A stretch of 62,538 bases of DNA, counting the filler, from Dugesia japonica (Eukaryota): assembly GCA_001938525.1 (NCBI GenBank). It is 5 parts of 5 records of this genome, joined end to end, with 100 filler letters (N's around TTAATTAATTAA, not from the genome) between each part and the next. Parts side by side here need not be neighbours in the genome. Positions count along the whole stretch, not along the records: positions 10,565 to 23,792 come from MQRL01600738.1; positions 23,893 to 40,191 come from MQRL01645757.1; 3 more parts are not named here. One strand, 5' to 3'. The position numbers and the translations under genes were made by a program. Shown piece by piece: positions 11,942 to 27,000 of this stretch. The notes beneath the pieces were generated by a model. The model was not told the origin of the DNA and did no database searches. It saw only the letters and a program-made list of their open reading frames with translations. Positions within the stretch are counted from its first letter, which is position 1, and each line of letters opens with the position of its first letter.

Positions 11942-14606
11942 TTGAACAATATTATCCATTAAAACTTGTTCTTTTGATATTTTCTTCACTTTCCCAGATG
12001 ATAATTTTGAAGAAATAACCTTAAAAATTAATTTTATCTTTAAATTTCGGTAATTATCGCACTTTGACTATTTCCTCCAATGTGTTTTTCGAATCATCAA
12101 TAGCCAAAATATATTTATTTACTGGTTTCTTATCAGCGATATTTTGAATAATTCTAAATGAAATATGTTAAGAAGAATAAATTCATAAGTAACCACTAAA
12201 ATTCAAATTATAAACATAATAACAGAGCTGTCAATAGTTTTATCTGATACTCATAACACTAATTAATCGATTAATTAATGGACTTAAAAGTAATTCCCAT
12301 TTTAAATTACTTTCTTTTTAGTAGTTTGTGAGACTCAAATATTTTACAAATTTAACTATTAAAGAAGTAAAATTATCAAAAGTGAACCATTAAAATGCCC
12401 AATAAAATAAACAAAGAATCTAACTTTTCACTATAAGAATAATAATAGTATTTATTATCAAAATGACGAAGTTTTCTCATTTTTATATTTTTTTTTATTT
12501 ATCAATATTATCACTCTCAACTTTCTCTGTATTCATCAATACTTGATAAAATAAACTTTAACTAATCAATTAAAAAAATTAATTAATTTTATCAGTTTAA
12601 TCCAAGCCCCTAATTTTGTACCAATAGGCCACCCTAAACAACATAACGAATTAACCAATTGCCGATTTCAGTAAATGGAGTCGCATTCCGGATGAACACA
12701 ATATATGAAGAAATTTAATAGGGAAATTAATTGCATACAATCGAATAATAGGATATCATTTAATCTTGTTATTTAACTGTTTCACCTGCAGTTAGCTCCA
12801 TAATATCAACATTCTATTTTTGTAATNNNNNNNNNNNNNNNNNNNNNNNNNTAAAAATGGAATGTCCTATTGAAACTTTGGGTTTAGCGAAATAATTTAC
12901 TAATTCTATTTCTATTACTTCAAAAAAAAATTTTAAAGTTTAAACAAAAAATCATTTTCAATTCTCAAAATTTTTACATTAATAAAATTGCAATAATTGA
13001 TTATATTTATTCTTTACTTGTTAAAAACATCGTAATATTTAGAAAATATTTTTTAATATTTTGTCAATTTATGTTTCGTCAAATTACTATTATAAATATT
13101 AAGTTAATTATACAAACAAATAAACAAAAATTTATAATAATTTAAAAGATTGAATAAATATTTAAATAAACTTCAATTTTTAAATACTAAAATCTAATAA
13201 TTTAATAATCCTTTAAATTTCTGACACAATTTTAAGATTATCACATGAACTAAAATTTAATGTTTTTAATAGGTTAATCTGTGTTTTTAACCTAGTAAAT
13301 GGTCAAAGTGTTTTAAAACTTTCCTATATGTCCACGTAAATGTTTCGAAATCTGTTCAATTGGCTGTGAAATTACTGAGCAAATAAGTAACAATACAGAA
13401 AGAAATTAAACATTTATTTATTAAAAGTTTAAAAAGGACTTTTAATAAATACTTTTCAAAATGTAATTAAAAGTGAATGGAAATTGTAATTGTGCTAGTA
13501 ATAGATGTAAATGATATGTAAAATAATTTTATACGTCATAATAACATAATTTGACAATATTAAAATCCACATAATTCTGAGTTTTAATTTCGGACGTTTT
13601 AACTAAATATTTCGGACGTTTATTAACTAAATTAAAACTTTAAAAGATTACCCAGCCAAATCTTTGACATGTATTGTTGGAATAATATTCATTCCTTTGT
13701 CATATATAATTAATTCAAAAATATTGTTCCACGATTTCTATTAAAATTATTAATCATTTTTTTGTTTAAAATCTACCTTGAAAAACTCATGAAATATATT
13801 TTCCCCCTCTCCATAAAGAATACCAGCTGCTAAAACATACATTTTTATCTTCGATTTATGCTAATCAAAAATAATTCCACATAATTTAAGCACTTAAAGT
13901 ACTTTTTTACTTAATTTTAAGATTTCCTTTTCAGCATTAAAATGCTCTTTAAAATTTGGATGAGGTTTTCGGCGTCGATAGTCTTCTTCATTAAAACTAG
14001 CTTCGGTATCATCCTAATAAATAATTCATTAAAAACGAGTCGATCATGTTTATAGATAAACTAAATCAGTTGGTTTGGTTTTAGCCCATGTCATTATTGA
14101 GCTAAGAAGTATGAATACTTTTTCTTTTTCCAACCAATGAAAATTCTCATGTAAAGTGTTTGCTGCCCATAATGCCTCTTCTATTTGATTAATATCTTCC
14201 GTAATATCGTACACAATGACATCTGATTCGACCAAGTGTTCGAAAAATTCTTCCCGTGTATCATACTAAAATAAAATAAATATTATAAATCTAATCTTAA
14301 ACATTACCTTTAAAATGGCTTTAACTGAGCTAGGTATTTCTGAAAATTTATGCTTTAGAGTGCCATGAATTTCAAAAAAACTTTCAGAATTCTTCTTTGG
14401 AATAAATCCCTCAATTTCAGCTGCAGCTTCTTCTTCTTCAGGTTCATCATCATCCAGAGTGGAACCAACTACACAAGCACTTAAATACTAATACAAATAT
14501 AATTTAAACAATTATTATAATAATTTACATTCGCTAAATTTAAACCGGTATATCTATCAACATGGTTTATGAAAATTCTTTTATACTCAACTTTATCTTC
14601 AGTCAT
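11942..14606 (-). CDS. AK7: Adenylate kinase 7, exons 1-8 (5' part; remainder not found in this assembly piece)
   Basis: GT-AG exons 14529-14606, 14308-14487, 14062-14265, 13903-14013, 13777-13860, 13652-13737, 12063-12153 and 11942-12019 splice in frame. They give [102 protein letters not shown], matching the AK7 N-terminal domain. Confidence 0.95.
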
Positions 14607-17174
14607 AATGATATCAAATAACTATTTAATTATTTCCATAACACCAAAAACTAAAACAATTAATAGAAGATATTTTAATGAATATAATTGTTCTCTAATT
14701 CGTAATTCTTATTTTATCTTAAATTTCCAAGATTTAACATTTCAAAAATTTTTATGATGATAAAATTATTTTAAAAAAATAGTGCAATTACTTTAGAATA
14801 AAAATTTCAGACAAAATTTTACATTAAAAATAGTCCATAAATTAAAATGATCTCAAATTAAAGTTTAACTGTAGGAAATTATTAACAAAATGGATCTCAA
14901 AAGAAAAACAGAATACTAGAGAAACAAATACTGATATTAATATTGGACCAGATTTTTAAAGAGTTAATGTAGATTAAAGAAAGATCATAGACGAAATGCC
15001 TAGAAAATAATAAAATTCTAGATTTAAATATAAAAATAAATAAAAGATTCAAATATGTTAAAATTTAAATTGTTAAACTTTATCATTGGAGAAAAAGTGA
15101 ATTTTTTTAATAAATAGCTAATCTAAAATTACTGTTTATGAGAATAATGTAATATTAATTTAAAATTAAAATAAGATGGACATTTTGTAAAGAACTAACG
15201 ATTAAAAATGTCATCAATTTTTAATCCCCTTCTACAGTGTCAAAAACTGTCAAACTTATGGTGATTCTTTTATAAAATTTGTTATACTACTCTCTTTAAT
15301 GTTAAAAAACAATGGAAATTAAAACTAAATTTTAATACATATATTTACTTGTTTAACACATTTCAAAGAGAATATAAAGCTTTTCGTTCTAGTTTTTATC
15401 GTCTTTATATAGGGAAGCAAAATATTGCTTAATTTTTATAATGTACCAGACAAGTCAAATTCATTTTCATCTAAACATTCTACACTTAATATCTTTCCAT
15501 GCGCAAAAATTTTCATAAAATCTAAATCTTTCGGCAGGTATTTTCATCGGCTAAATTCTTTGCAGTTGAGGAGCAAATGATAATTACCTAGCGACAAGAT
15601 CGCCTTGTTTGTGTTTATGAACATGTTTTTTCAACATGATTTGTAAAGCAACATAAAGGTGAAAGATTTTACAAATCCAATTAAGCAACAAAAGATGAAT
15701 GTATGGACAATATAGGTCGTAAAGAAAAATTTTTGTATGCCTTTGCCAATCAAAATACCGAGTTATCCGCTTTTATAAACTGATTTAAGAATATATATGG
15801 AAATCTGGTGCTTTTCGGCCCTCACTAGTCTAGCAGACTGGAATTGGTGGTTGAAAAAGACATTTGGCAATTATCTCAAATGATGAACTGGAATTAGTTG
15901 GCCACAATTTATACTATGAGATTTATTGATTGACTTATTCTTGCATGGTGGCTGCATCAATCGTGATCTTTAGTTATTAAAGTTTTCGTAACAAGCTTAG
16001 ACACTTCAGGCATAATATACTCAACCATTGTTAGGAAATTATCTATGGTTACTTGCATTCATATTTCTGCTAATATTTCGGCAGTATATTTGAAATTTGA
16101 TTTTTCTAATTTTTCATCAAGTATTCGACCTTGTGACTTAAGATGAATTCCAAAATTTTGATGTTTTAAAACTAGAACTGGTAATTTCCATTTTATAGGG
16201 AGCTATTTGACTCTGAGCTCAATTGAAGGTACTCTTACACTGTATCAAAGTATTAAAGTTCTGATTCACAAATTGAGGAAGTGCTACATCAAATACTTTT
16301 TGATACCTCTGAATTTATCTTGTCATAGTCACAATAAAACCAGGTTTAATATACACTTCAATTCAAACTGCCTTTCACAGTACAGAGAATAGGCTGACAA
16401 TGAACCGGAATAAGCTACCGCTTTAGGTTAACCGAAACCATCTTTTTGAATTATAACACCAGTATTACCAGACAAAATGAGATTTTGTCTAGTAGCTACA
16501 ATCAAAATATGATGTGATAAAGTAACATGCAATAAAATTAGAACTTGCTTGTTAGCTGTCATAAATCACAGAGTTCCTTAACTAGATAAATTTAGCATCA
16601 AAAAACACAGGCGGTGACAAAACCACCACACAAAATACCATTAAAATTATTATTTCACCATGATGTGATATTCAAAACGATGCTCAAAGACTATCCAACA
16701 AGAAAACTTTTCCCGCACAAAATAGGAATTATATTTATGAACACCAATAAGTTCATTTATTAAATCATTGTCAATCATTCATGATAACTTTAAAAATATT
16801 TAAACTGAAAGTATTCCTGGAATTATCAATTATCAGTAATTAATTTTAAGTTAATAAAATAAAGTAAAAATTAGGTTAAAAATAATCATTGCTCATAACA
16901 ATCTATACTGAAAACCTTCCACTTTAGATAAACAAAGAAAAACAATACCAATTAATATGAACAGATGGATTTTATTATATTGCGACGATCAAGCTCCCTA
17001 TTGTACATCTTACTCACATCAGCTTAATTCTCGTGATATTTAATACTGGGATTTCCCCTCTCTCTCCCAAACAAATGTACATTTATTATTTTATTTTGAT
17101 GACAAGTAATGGTCATTAACCAAACTTTTTGTCTCAACATTTGGTGATAACTTATCATTGCTTCTCAAAATCTT

Positions 17175-17475
17175 TTATTCGATTTTCCGTGACAGATTCT
17201 CATCGTTTTACGACAATTTCTTTTCAATTCACGGTGTTAAAACATAACTGCGTTACGACACTTTTCATTCAACTTTCGGTGCTAAATTATACACGCTTTT
17301 GATTCAAGTCTCGGTGATAAATTATACGACATTTTTCTTTTCATTTTTTGTGATAAATTTTACGAAATTTTGCATTCAATTCTCTGTAATACATTGTACG
17401 ACATTTCTCCTTTTATTCTCTAAAATTAATTGTACGGCGTTTGTCTTTCAATTCTCTGTGACTAATTGTACGTTT
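17175..17475. repeat. Degenerate ~38-bp tandem repeat
   Basis: Recurring TTCAATTCTCxGTGATAAATTxTACGACATTT-like units. Confidence 0.6.
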
Positions 17476-19341
17476 TTTATCTGGAGTACAGTCGTTATTT
17501 TCGAAGGAGATCACTCGGATTAGCAGGTTATTAAAGGCGACTAAGTGTTTGATGATGTAAAAATTTCCATTTAGCTTTGCTGAAACTTCTCCTGCTGCAC
17601 TAATGGTTTTTAATAAATCGTGCTAATAAAATTTTTAATGATTAAAGTGGTTTCCTATAACGTGGTCATTATTTTTGTTTCATTTTGATGATATAATATA
17701 TAGTACAACAAGAAGTTAGCGTTATCTTTTAGCTAGCAAATCAGCTTCAAGAATTTAAAAATCCAGCGTTTTGATTGGGGGTCATAATATTCTTGTTAAG
17801 CGTGCCCTTTTCTAATCTGGACATCTTCGTTTCGTGTCTGTATGCAGCAATGATTGACAACGAATTTGGAATTTCAACTTTGCGTCGTCATGTTGTTTTT
17901 TTATGTTGGCTATTTTAAATTTCTAGCGCCTTGACTGATGAAATTTTGTTAATTAACGATTTTATTAACGTGGAAAACCACAATTATTTTTATTATAATA
18001 ATGAAAATAGGATCATGAAGACCCCTTTACTTTTATTATAATATACATATTGTGATTTTAATTATATCTTTCTCAATATTACCCATTTTAACAAAAAAAT
18101 ATTACTTTTGACATTCAAATATGGGTCTTCTGTATCCAATTTTCTTTGATAATAATTACATAAAAATACATGATAATAATTGATTTTCCGCCTCAAAATT
18201 GTTTATTTCCTTATCGTTGTCTTTCCTTTCTCGTACTTTTCTTNNNNNNNNNNNNNNNNNNNNNNNNNNNNNNNNNNNNNNNNCACTTGTGTTCTAGCCC
18301 AACATATTCAATAAATCGATTGTTGTAAGTATTCTCCACTACATTATAATTTATTGATATTTATTGCTTAGAAAAACACAGACAAGTATTCGAAAGTATT
18401 CGATTATTTATTATTTAAATTAGGTTTCACTTCATTCTTTAAGTTAGAAAAATAATAAAAAAGAGTAGAAAAAGATAAGTGTAAGAGAAAAAGTTAGAAA
18501 TGGAATGCAAATGATGACAATAAAGAGTGAGATAGTATTATTTATATTTCTTGAAGTTAAATAATTAAATCTGAAATTTACATGTACTTTTTTAAAGACA
18601 TTGAAAAATGTCATTAACTTTTAAAAAATTATTAAAACTTTATAAGAAATTTTTAAAAATCTTTGAAACTTAACTAGAACTTTTCTAAAGCTAGTTAACA
18701 TTTCCACACACTTTTATGAAATAATGAATCTAGTACTGTCAAGTTTCATGCCTTGATAATTCATTCATATAATTACTTAGTAAAAATTAATTTCTAATGT
18801 TATTATTCTCCATGGAAAACAACAANNNNNNNNNNNNNNNNNNNNNNNNNNNNNNNNNNNNNNNNNNNNNNNNNNNNNNNNNNNNNNNNNNNNNNNNNNN
18901 NNNNNNNNNNNNNNNNNNNNNNNNNNTTAATCTATACTATACAACTAATAAACCCAAATAACCAGTTAATTATATACATATTTTCACTTAATATAAAATT
19001 TCCTTTGAAATTAGACCCTCTAATCAATTAATTTACCCAATGATTATCTACTTGAAACATAAATTTATTCAATTAGTAAAATTCTAACCAATTAATCATA
19101 AACCTATTATTAACCTTTCAAATTAATTAATTAAATCATGAAATAGAAATTTTATTCAAATTAAAATAATTAATGCAAAATTTATGAAGTTTTAAAATTA
19201 ATCAAATAGTACGTTTACCATCAGTGAGGAGTGAAGATCAAGAAATAGTGAATTAAAATCATTGATGGCTGAAGACTAGTGTACAATGGACAGAGTATTG
19301 ATGATTGAAATTCAGTGTACAGTAAACAGTGTACAGAACAT

Positions 19342-19353
19342 TGGTGACCGACG
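19342..19353 (+). promoter_or_regulatory. Putative tRNA-Trp primer-binding site after an LTR end (..ACA)
   Basis: CA-T-TGGTGACCGACG resembles TGGTGACCCCGACG, the complement of the tRNA-Trp 3' end, with a 2-nt deletion. Confidence 0.35.
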
Positions 19354-20569
19354 AACAGCGTGAAAACAAATAATTGAGAGTAAAGATCAATAAAGAGTAA
19401 ATTATCACCTAAAGGGATCAAAACGTAGACCTTATTCAATATTAATTTTGATAAGAGCGTCTAATTTTAACATGAATACTGTTTGGAATCATTCATTATT
19501 GAATATTACTAGAAAACAACCTATATGAAATTCATGCTGTTTGATTTCTTTCATTAAGGATAACGTTTGGTGATTATAATATTAATGAATTTTATGTTTG
19601 TTTAATCACATCAAATTAATTGAAAAACATGTGTGTATCCATTTTATAGGAACACGTTTTATTTCGTCATAATTTTATAATACATAGACCTACTATATAT
19701 TTTAATTAATTTTAATTAAAATTAGTAATTAACTGTATTCAAATCTTAAATATGTCTTGTTTAAATTTATAGTTTGCATTAAATGTTATCTTTTCAAATT
19801 TCCAAAATTCGTTATTCGTATATGAGTGAGTTTTGAAGAGCGAGTTGAAATTTTTGTGTGACTAGTGATCATTTTTTTTGCAAAATCTTTTAATTATAGA
19901 TAAAAAATTTAATTAACTAATATTTGATTTTAAAATTTTTATTACAATTAGATTATAAATTAAAATTTTAACTGAACAAAAATACGGTCTAACAATAAAT
20001 TGAAATTTTTAAATGAGTGAATATTGATTTTAAAATTTTAATGACAATTAAGTAATAAATTCAAATTATAATTGAATAAAATTTGATTTAATAATAAATT
20101 AAAATAATTTAAAATAAGTTTTAATAATTTAAAAATATGATCACCAATTAAAACACTAAGCTGATTCTAATGTGTACTGAGTGTTAACATGATTGTATAA
20201 TTATAATTTATTATATCTTACAACTAATGATTATTAAATTATAAAAGAATGTCTTCGAGGTAAATACAGTAAATTAATCCATCAATCAATGAACACATCA
20301 AAGTCTATATGTTTATATATATGCAAAGCTAATGGATAGAGTAAACAAATAAGTACAGTAACCTAATATGTAACTGTGAAACCAATGGTTACAGTAAAGC
20401 CCACCTGTTTCTGTAAAATCAGTATAATATATGAATACAACAGTTAATGAATACCACACTTAGTACCTGATCGAATCAAATTGTTAANGTAAATTATTTG
20501 ACTTATTACCANTATATCAATTGAATATCATCAAGACTAATCATCTTTACTCTAATTTCATTGAGCCAT

Positions 20570-20750
20570 GAATAAATTGTAGTCACATACAAGCAAATTA
20601 TTACCACTTATGTACAAATTACAAACATTTATGTACGAATTAAGACCACTATGTACAAATTATTGGAAGTTATGAGAAAATTATAACCACCTATGAATAA
20701 ATAATAGTCATATAGGCAAATTGTAACCAACTATGTATAAATTCTCACCA
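20570..20750. repeat. Degenerate ~21-bp minisatellite
   Basis: Repeats of ACCACTTATGTACAAATTA-like units. Confidence 0.55.
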
Positions 20751-22491
20751 TCTATTGTATATTGAGACATCAGTTGGAAATTTTTCAAGCCAAAATTTTA
20801 TTTGATTGTAAAAAATATTTTAAAAAATAGTTAAAAATTTTTATAAAANNNNNNNNNNNNNNNNNNNNNNNNNNNNNNNNNNNNNNNNNNNNNNNNNNAA
20901 GTCCATAAGCAATTTTATTAAAATGCATAGAACCGTAATTAAAATATAGACTAATTTTATTAAGATTTTCTAAATTTCCATTAATTTTCTTAAGCTTCAT
21001 AAATTTTATTAATTTTTTATAAAGTTATATAAAATTAATTAATTGTATTAAAATTCATCGATTATAATAGGCTTAATAGATTTATCGTGCTAATCAGAGT
21101 TCAACAGTTGTATTTACACAGTAGGCTAATGATGCATATGGATAAGTAAAAACGAAAGTTTACTATATGGACATTATAGCACTTTATTCCTAGATGATCA
21201 TAATTTAAATTAAGAATAGCTGCAAGTAAGGATTTGACATTTCCTAATATTATAATTGTGGCATTTAAGTAATTTCAATGAAGATAGTAATAAATTGAGT
21301 CATTCATTCATCAGATTTTCTTTTAAATAAATTATTTTTATAAAAAATATCTTGATATCGTTATTTTGTTATTTACTTTGTTTTTATACTAATATTGACA
21401 TTGTTCAGTGAGTAACCCATAAAAAGTACTTGTTTTTCCCATTTATTTCATGAAGCATAAATATTGATGATTTTAACAATGTTATTCATTATTCATTATT
21501 TTTTATTCATTATTTTTTTCATTATTTCATTATTCAAAATTCATTATTTCCGCGGTAGAATTCATTATGTACTTGTTTTCAATATAAATTTTTATGTATA
21601 AGATTTGACGATATTTGGTGATGATATTGTTAATCACCGTAAAATTTTCTATCTAAAAGATAGTTCAATTATCTTATTTGAGATACTTTTTATTTTCAAT
21701 TAATTATTGAGTATTACAAAATTTAAACTTTTTTCAAAAATAATTTGACTTGACAAGTTTTCCCGTATATATTCTTGATCAACACAAAGTTCTCCTTCGA
21801 ATAGTACATGAATCAATAAATTTGGATGAAAATTAAAAAAAAATTTTTTTATTTGTGTCGGTTAAGCATCCTCGGGATTTTCGACCTGGTTTTTTCTAAT
21901 TTTCTCAGTCAAAATTAAGATGGACGATTTTAGGTGATGTTTTTCTTAATCAGTGAAACATTTTTAATTTATTTATGTTATTTCGTTACGATTAGAGAAG
22001 AGTAATTTTCAAAATTTCTCAAAAAATCAAGTTTTTAATCAATGTTTAAATAGGCCAGTCATGATCACTGGAAAGGTCTTTATCGAATAGACTAGTTTAT
22101 AATTAAATTCGAGAAAAAAATATTTTTCGCAAAAAGTATTTTTAGCTAGAAATAATCCAGCCTAATGTAAAAATCTCGATAAAAATGTTTTTTCAAAAAT
22201 TTTTCAAATTTGGTTGGTTTGCCCGGATTTTCATACGTATTTTAATTATTTTTAAAACTTTTGAATTATTTAAACTAATTCATCTATTTCCCACAAATTT
22301 CCGTAAAAAATTCCATTCAAACAGACCAACCCGAGGAAATTATTGCTCAAAATCATAAAACATTGACCCTCGTGAGTAAATAATCAACCAAGTTTGCCCT
22401 TACCGGATGGTCAATGTCGCACATTATAGAATATAAATTAGATCTTTCTAAAAAAAATCATTAGCAGGTGCGAGTTATTGTAATTTACAAT

Positions 22492-23792
22492 TTCAAAAAC
22501 TAGGAGTTGTTAATATAGAAAATAAAGATAATAAATGTTTTCTATATTCAATCTTAGCTCATAAATATGTAGTTGAAAATCCAACAAGAGTAGAAAATTA
22601 CATTTCACATTTATCAGATTTTAAATATAATAACTTTAAATTTCCAATGAATATTGATGATATAAGTAAATTTGAAAAAATAAATAATTATCAAATTAAT
22701 GTATTTGGTGTAGATGTTAAAAAGAAACTTGAGCCACTTCACATTTCACATTATACAAGAAATCCATCACCCCAAGAAAATAAATGTAACTTGTTAGTAT
22801 TTAATGATCATTACATTTTATGTCGAGATATAACTGTATTCTTTACTAAAAAAACAAATANNNNNNNNNNNNNNNNNNNNNNNNNNNNNNNNNNNNNAAG
22901 CGAAGCGGTATTAATTAAACATCAAGATGCATGTATTAGGCACAAACCAAATAACATTGTTTTTGAATCTAATGATTATTATTCTTTTAATAAATATTAT
23001 CAAAAAAATAAAATTCCATTTATNNNNNNNNNNNNNNNNNNNNNNNNNNNNNNNNNNNNNNNNNNNNNNNNNNTCAGATTTAAAATATAATAACTTTAAA
23101 TTTCCAATGAATATTGATGATATAAGTAAATTTGAGAAAGTAAATAATTATCAAATTAATGTGTTTGGTGTAGATGTTAAAAAGAAACTTGAACCACTTT
23201 ACATTTCTCATTATACAAGAAATCCATTACCTGAAGAAAATAAATGTTACTTATTAGTATTTAAAAATCATTACATTTTATGTCGAGATATAACTGTATT
23301 CTTTACTAAAACAACAAATACAAATTATCCATGCATTAGATGTATGAATTGTTACTCGAGCGAAGCGGTATTAATTAAACATCAAGATGCATGTATTAGG
23401 CACAAACCCAATAACATTATTTTTGAATTTAATGATTATTATTCTTTTAATAAATATTATCAAAAAAATAAAATTCCATTTATATTAATTGGTGATTTTG
23501 AAACATATACAAATTCTATTACTAAAAAACAAAAAGCTTTATCTTTAGGTGTTTATTTAAAATCTGATTATCCACAACTAATAAAAAGTAAATATTATGA
23601 ATTTACAGGTGAAAATATTTATGATGAAATTTTTAAATTTTTAGAAGTTAATGATGAATTAAATCAGATAAAATATAAAAGATTATTTAAAGAATATACA
23701 GGAACAAATCATCCAGATTATACATTTGACACATTATGCTATTATTGTAATAACTTAATAGAAAATCCAGTTAAAGACCATAATCATTTCAC
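22492..23792 (+). mobile_element. Polinton/adintovirus protein-primed DNA polymerase B, N-terminal part (partly duplicated across a gap)
   Basis: VVNIENKDNKCFLYSILAH, FPMNIDDISKFEK.N..INVF, C2H2 finger CIRCMNC..KHQDAC, ExoI GDFET, and the EndoVII-like start CYYC..VKDHNHF. Ends at an assembly linker. Confidence 0.85.
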
Positions 23793-24084
23793 NNNNNNNN
23801 NNNNNNNNNNNNNNNNNNNNNNNNNNNNNNNNNNNNTTAATTAATTAANNNNNNNNNNNNNNNNNNNNNNNNNNNNNNNNNNNNNNNNNNNNACTAGAAA
23901 TATTTCAATTGGTTGATGTTAAAATTGGTAGCAAATCATTGAAATCATACTACACACACACACACATACACAAAATTGTAAATTTTAAAAAGAGAATAAA
24001 AATAAATAGAAAATTTATTAATGTACAAATGTTGATAATAATATTTAGCTCTAATTTGTGTAACTTGAACAAATCTCGTTATTA

Positions 24085-27000
24085 TTAATCATCGAGATAC
24101 TCGGAAGGCCCAAAAGATTCAAGTTTGATTTCAACACATTTCATCAACAAACAATTCATAAAGGATCGAAAGTAATTGAACGACACTAAAGCACCAATCA
24201 ATTTCGTGCCATCTTGTATTTCTACTCGGATAACTTCCATCTTCAGATTCTGATGGGCTGCACTAATCAATTTCCAAGCGAAAAACACAGATCCGGTGAT
24301 TATGTAATTGTATTTCGTTCGTTTCCCGTAAAAACAATTCGGTCTGGGGCAGTCTCCTCGATCGATATGATGGAGACAGTTCTGCTCGCTCTCCCTATAA
24401 ATGTGAACCCACTCCTTCTTNGCCTCCTGGAAATCTATCCAATCGTACATGGTTCTCAANGAGTTCTCATCNATNGATTTCGCTGGAAACTGGATCGTTA
24501 TCAATCGATATTTTCCATTTTCCTGATATTCGGCGAGCGCCAGAATTTTAATAGCTCCTCTTTTCGACACGCAAAATTGATTTCTCTCTCTGTTCCTGTT
24601 GTATATCTGACAAGCAGTGGCCCAACTGACACCGAGATCGATATGTTTCAACTTATGCACGATTATATCATTGTGCGATGATACCGATTCGTTCTTGTTT
24701 TCATTCCCGACGACGACGAAATCTTTCCCTTTCCCTCGATATCGCAACACTCGTGTTTCTTCAATACAGAATAGGTAATCATTCTGTTTGTTGCTCACAT
24801 CTCTGATCCCATGATCGAACTCGTTGCGAGATTTGGCCTCTTGCATTCTCAATTCGAGCGCGTCCAGGAAATATTGAAATAAACAATTCTGGATATCGAG
24901 TTGGATTCCGAGGATTCGATTGAGGAATCTCGCAACTGTGACAGATTTCACTTCATCCAGCCCGACATTCCTCAATGAATCTCCAGCTAATTTACGGAAA
25001 ATATTCTTCTTCTTCTCGTCCGTCGCGTATTTCCCAGGAAACGGAACCGGTTGCGCTCGGAATCCGATTATCGATTCGATGATTTCTTTGACAGCTTTGG
25101 CTCCGAATGCGTTGTCGAGATTGAATTGGCTCAAATCTGCCGAATCAGCGCATCTACGATCCCCATGAGTGAGAGCGCCCAGTGATTCTAATCGCTTAGC
25201 AACGGTTGCTGCAAACCGTTTCTCTCCAGCCAAATCCGAAATAAGAAAGATATAATGAGGAGGAACAACTTGATTCGATCGATGAGTTCGTCCGAATTGC
25301 TGGACAGCTTTATCAGCTGACCACGGCAATTCCAGCGTGATATGAACTCGTTGGCGTTTATTGTCGAATCTCCGGTCGGAATGAAGAGAAATTCCAGTGC
25401 TAGCCGCATCGGAAATGATCGCAATTAATTTCTCTCCACTGTTGAACCGATTTTTCTCGAGAATGTTCATTTGGTCAAGAGAATAACCGATTTCCTTTCT
25501 TCCTTGATACGAAATATTCCCTCCTTCCATCTTGATCATTCTTCCTTTCCTCCCGGTCATTTCTGCTACTTTATCCGGTCCTCCGAGCCCATCAATCAGA
25601 TGATCGAGAACATTTACTGGCAACATTCTCTCGATCTCTCTGATTATTCCCAATAATCTACGCTTGATTGGAGAATCTGGTGATTTGCTGTTGTTATTGT
25701 TGTCGAAATAATCACAATCTTCTTCTTCCTCCTCCTCGTCTTCGTCCTTCTCCTCTTCATCTTCCTCGCTTGATTCCATCAGATCGATTTCCAATTCGAA
25801 ATTATCGTTTTTCTTGGATTTCTTCTTGGGTTTTCCAGCTGTCAGTTGAAATCTCACCAAATTTTCTGCACTCGGATAAAAATTTTTGATGAGATTCTTC
25901 ACGACTCCTTTTGCACTCGATACAAAACAATCCAACAAATCTCCTGCTTCCTCGAGTTCCCCAACTGTTCTCGCCTCCCCGGTCGATTGGAGCCCAATCA
26001 CAACGCATTTCCCAGTCGCAATTTGTTGATTAACGAGTCGGACACACTCGTCAACCTTGCTCGACATGCAGAGATATTTGAAAAACCGTTGATGAGCACC
26101 CCAAAACTGCGCCATGAAAATGTTCTCGATTTTCACCGGATATTTGTTCCGTTTGAAAGCATTATTGAATTCTTCGTAACATTTGGTCCAGACGAGCACA
26201 GATCTGTTGTAAACTTCCTCAAATCTGTACCCGTTGATATTGGCGGTCTCTACGCGCATCTCTCGAATCTCAAATACGACTCCTTGGAAACTGAGTTGTC
26301 GAGCTAGATAAATTCCTTTCATTTTCATTTCTATCGCAATCAACTCCATCGCTGCTACTCCGTGTCGTTTCAGAGCTTTGTTGAACTCGTCGAAATGTTC
26401 AAACGGTTTATTCGGGCCCCATAATCCCAGCCTCACCATGTACGCCATATGTTTCGGTTCCGTGGCTCCGGTAGCACTCGCATACACAACTCTCGCTTGT
26501 TTCAGAGTGTCTTGCAATTCCTTGACAACCGTTCCACATTTCGTTATGTTTCTTCCAATCAGATTCTTTGCTTTATGACTCTCATCGAAAATAATCACCC
26601 CATCGTACTCTTCGCCGAACCAATCGATTATTTGTTCCAATCTTCGATGAAACATGAAAATTTTCCCTTTTTTCTGACTACTTTTCTGACTGATTAAACT
26701 TGAATAAGTCGTAAACAAAACTCCCGATGTAAAGTTTCCATTCGAACTCGAATTGATTTTCTGATAACTCATTTTGTTCAGCGATTTTACTTCAATCTCC
26801 ACGTCTATTTCTCGTCCGATATCTCTCAGATCCCGCCTAGCATCCTCCACTAAGTCACTGCTCACAGATATCCAAATAGCTTTCGTTCTTCCTTGGAAAA
26901 AATTCTCATAAACTATTCCTGCAACTGTTCGACCTTTTCCAACCCCAGCGCCGTCCCCAATTAAAAATCCAGCCCTTCTTCCGTCTGATAAATATTCCTC

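Noticed and set aside
15380-16500. Coding-like stretch upstream of AK7
   Set aside because: Stops in all frames and no motif I can assign. It is probably an old TE, but I cannot support a call.
17175-17523. CRISPR-like array or membrane protein ORF
   Set aside because: Contiguous degenerate units without unique spacers, in a eukaryotic context with no cas genes.
24214-26697. Several ORFs overlapping SBNO
   Set aside because: These are antisense or alternate-frame shadows in a higher-GC coding region, with no motifs.
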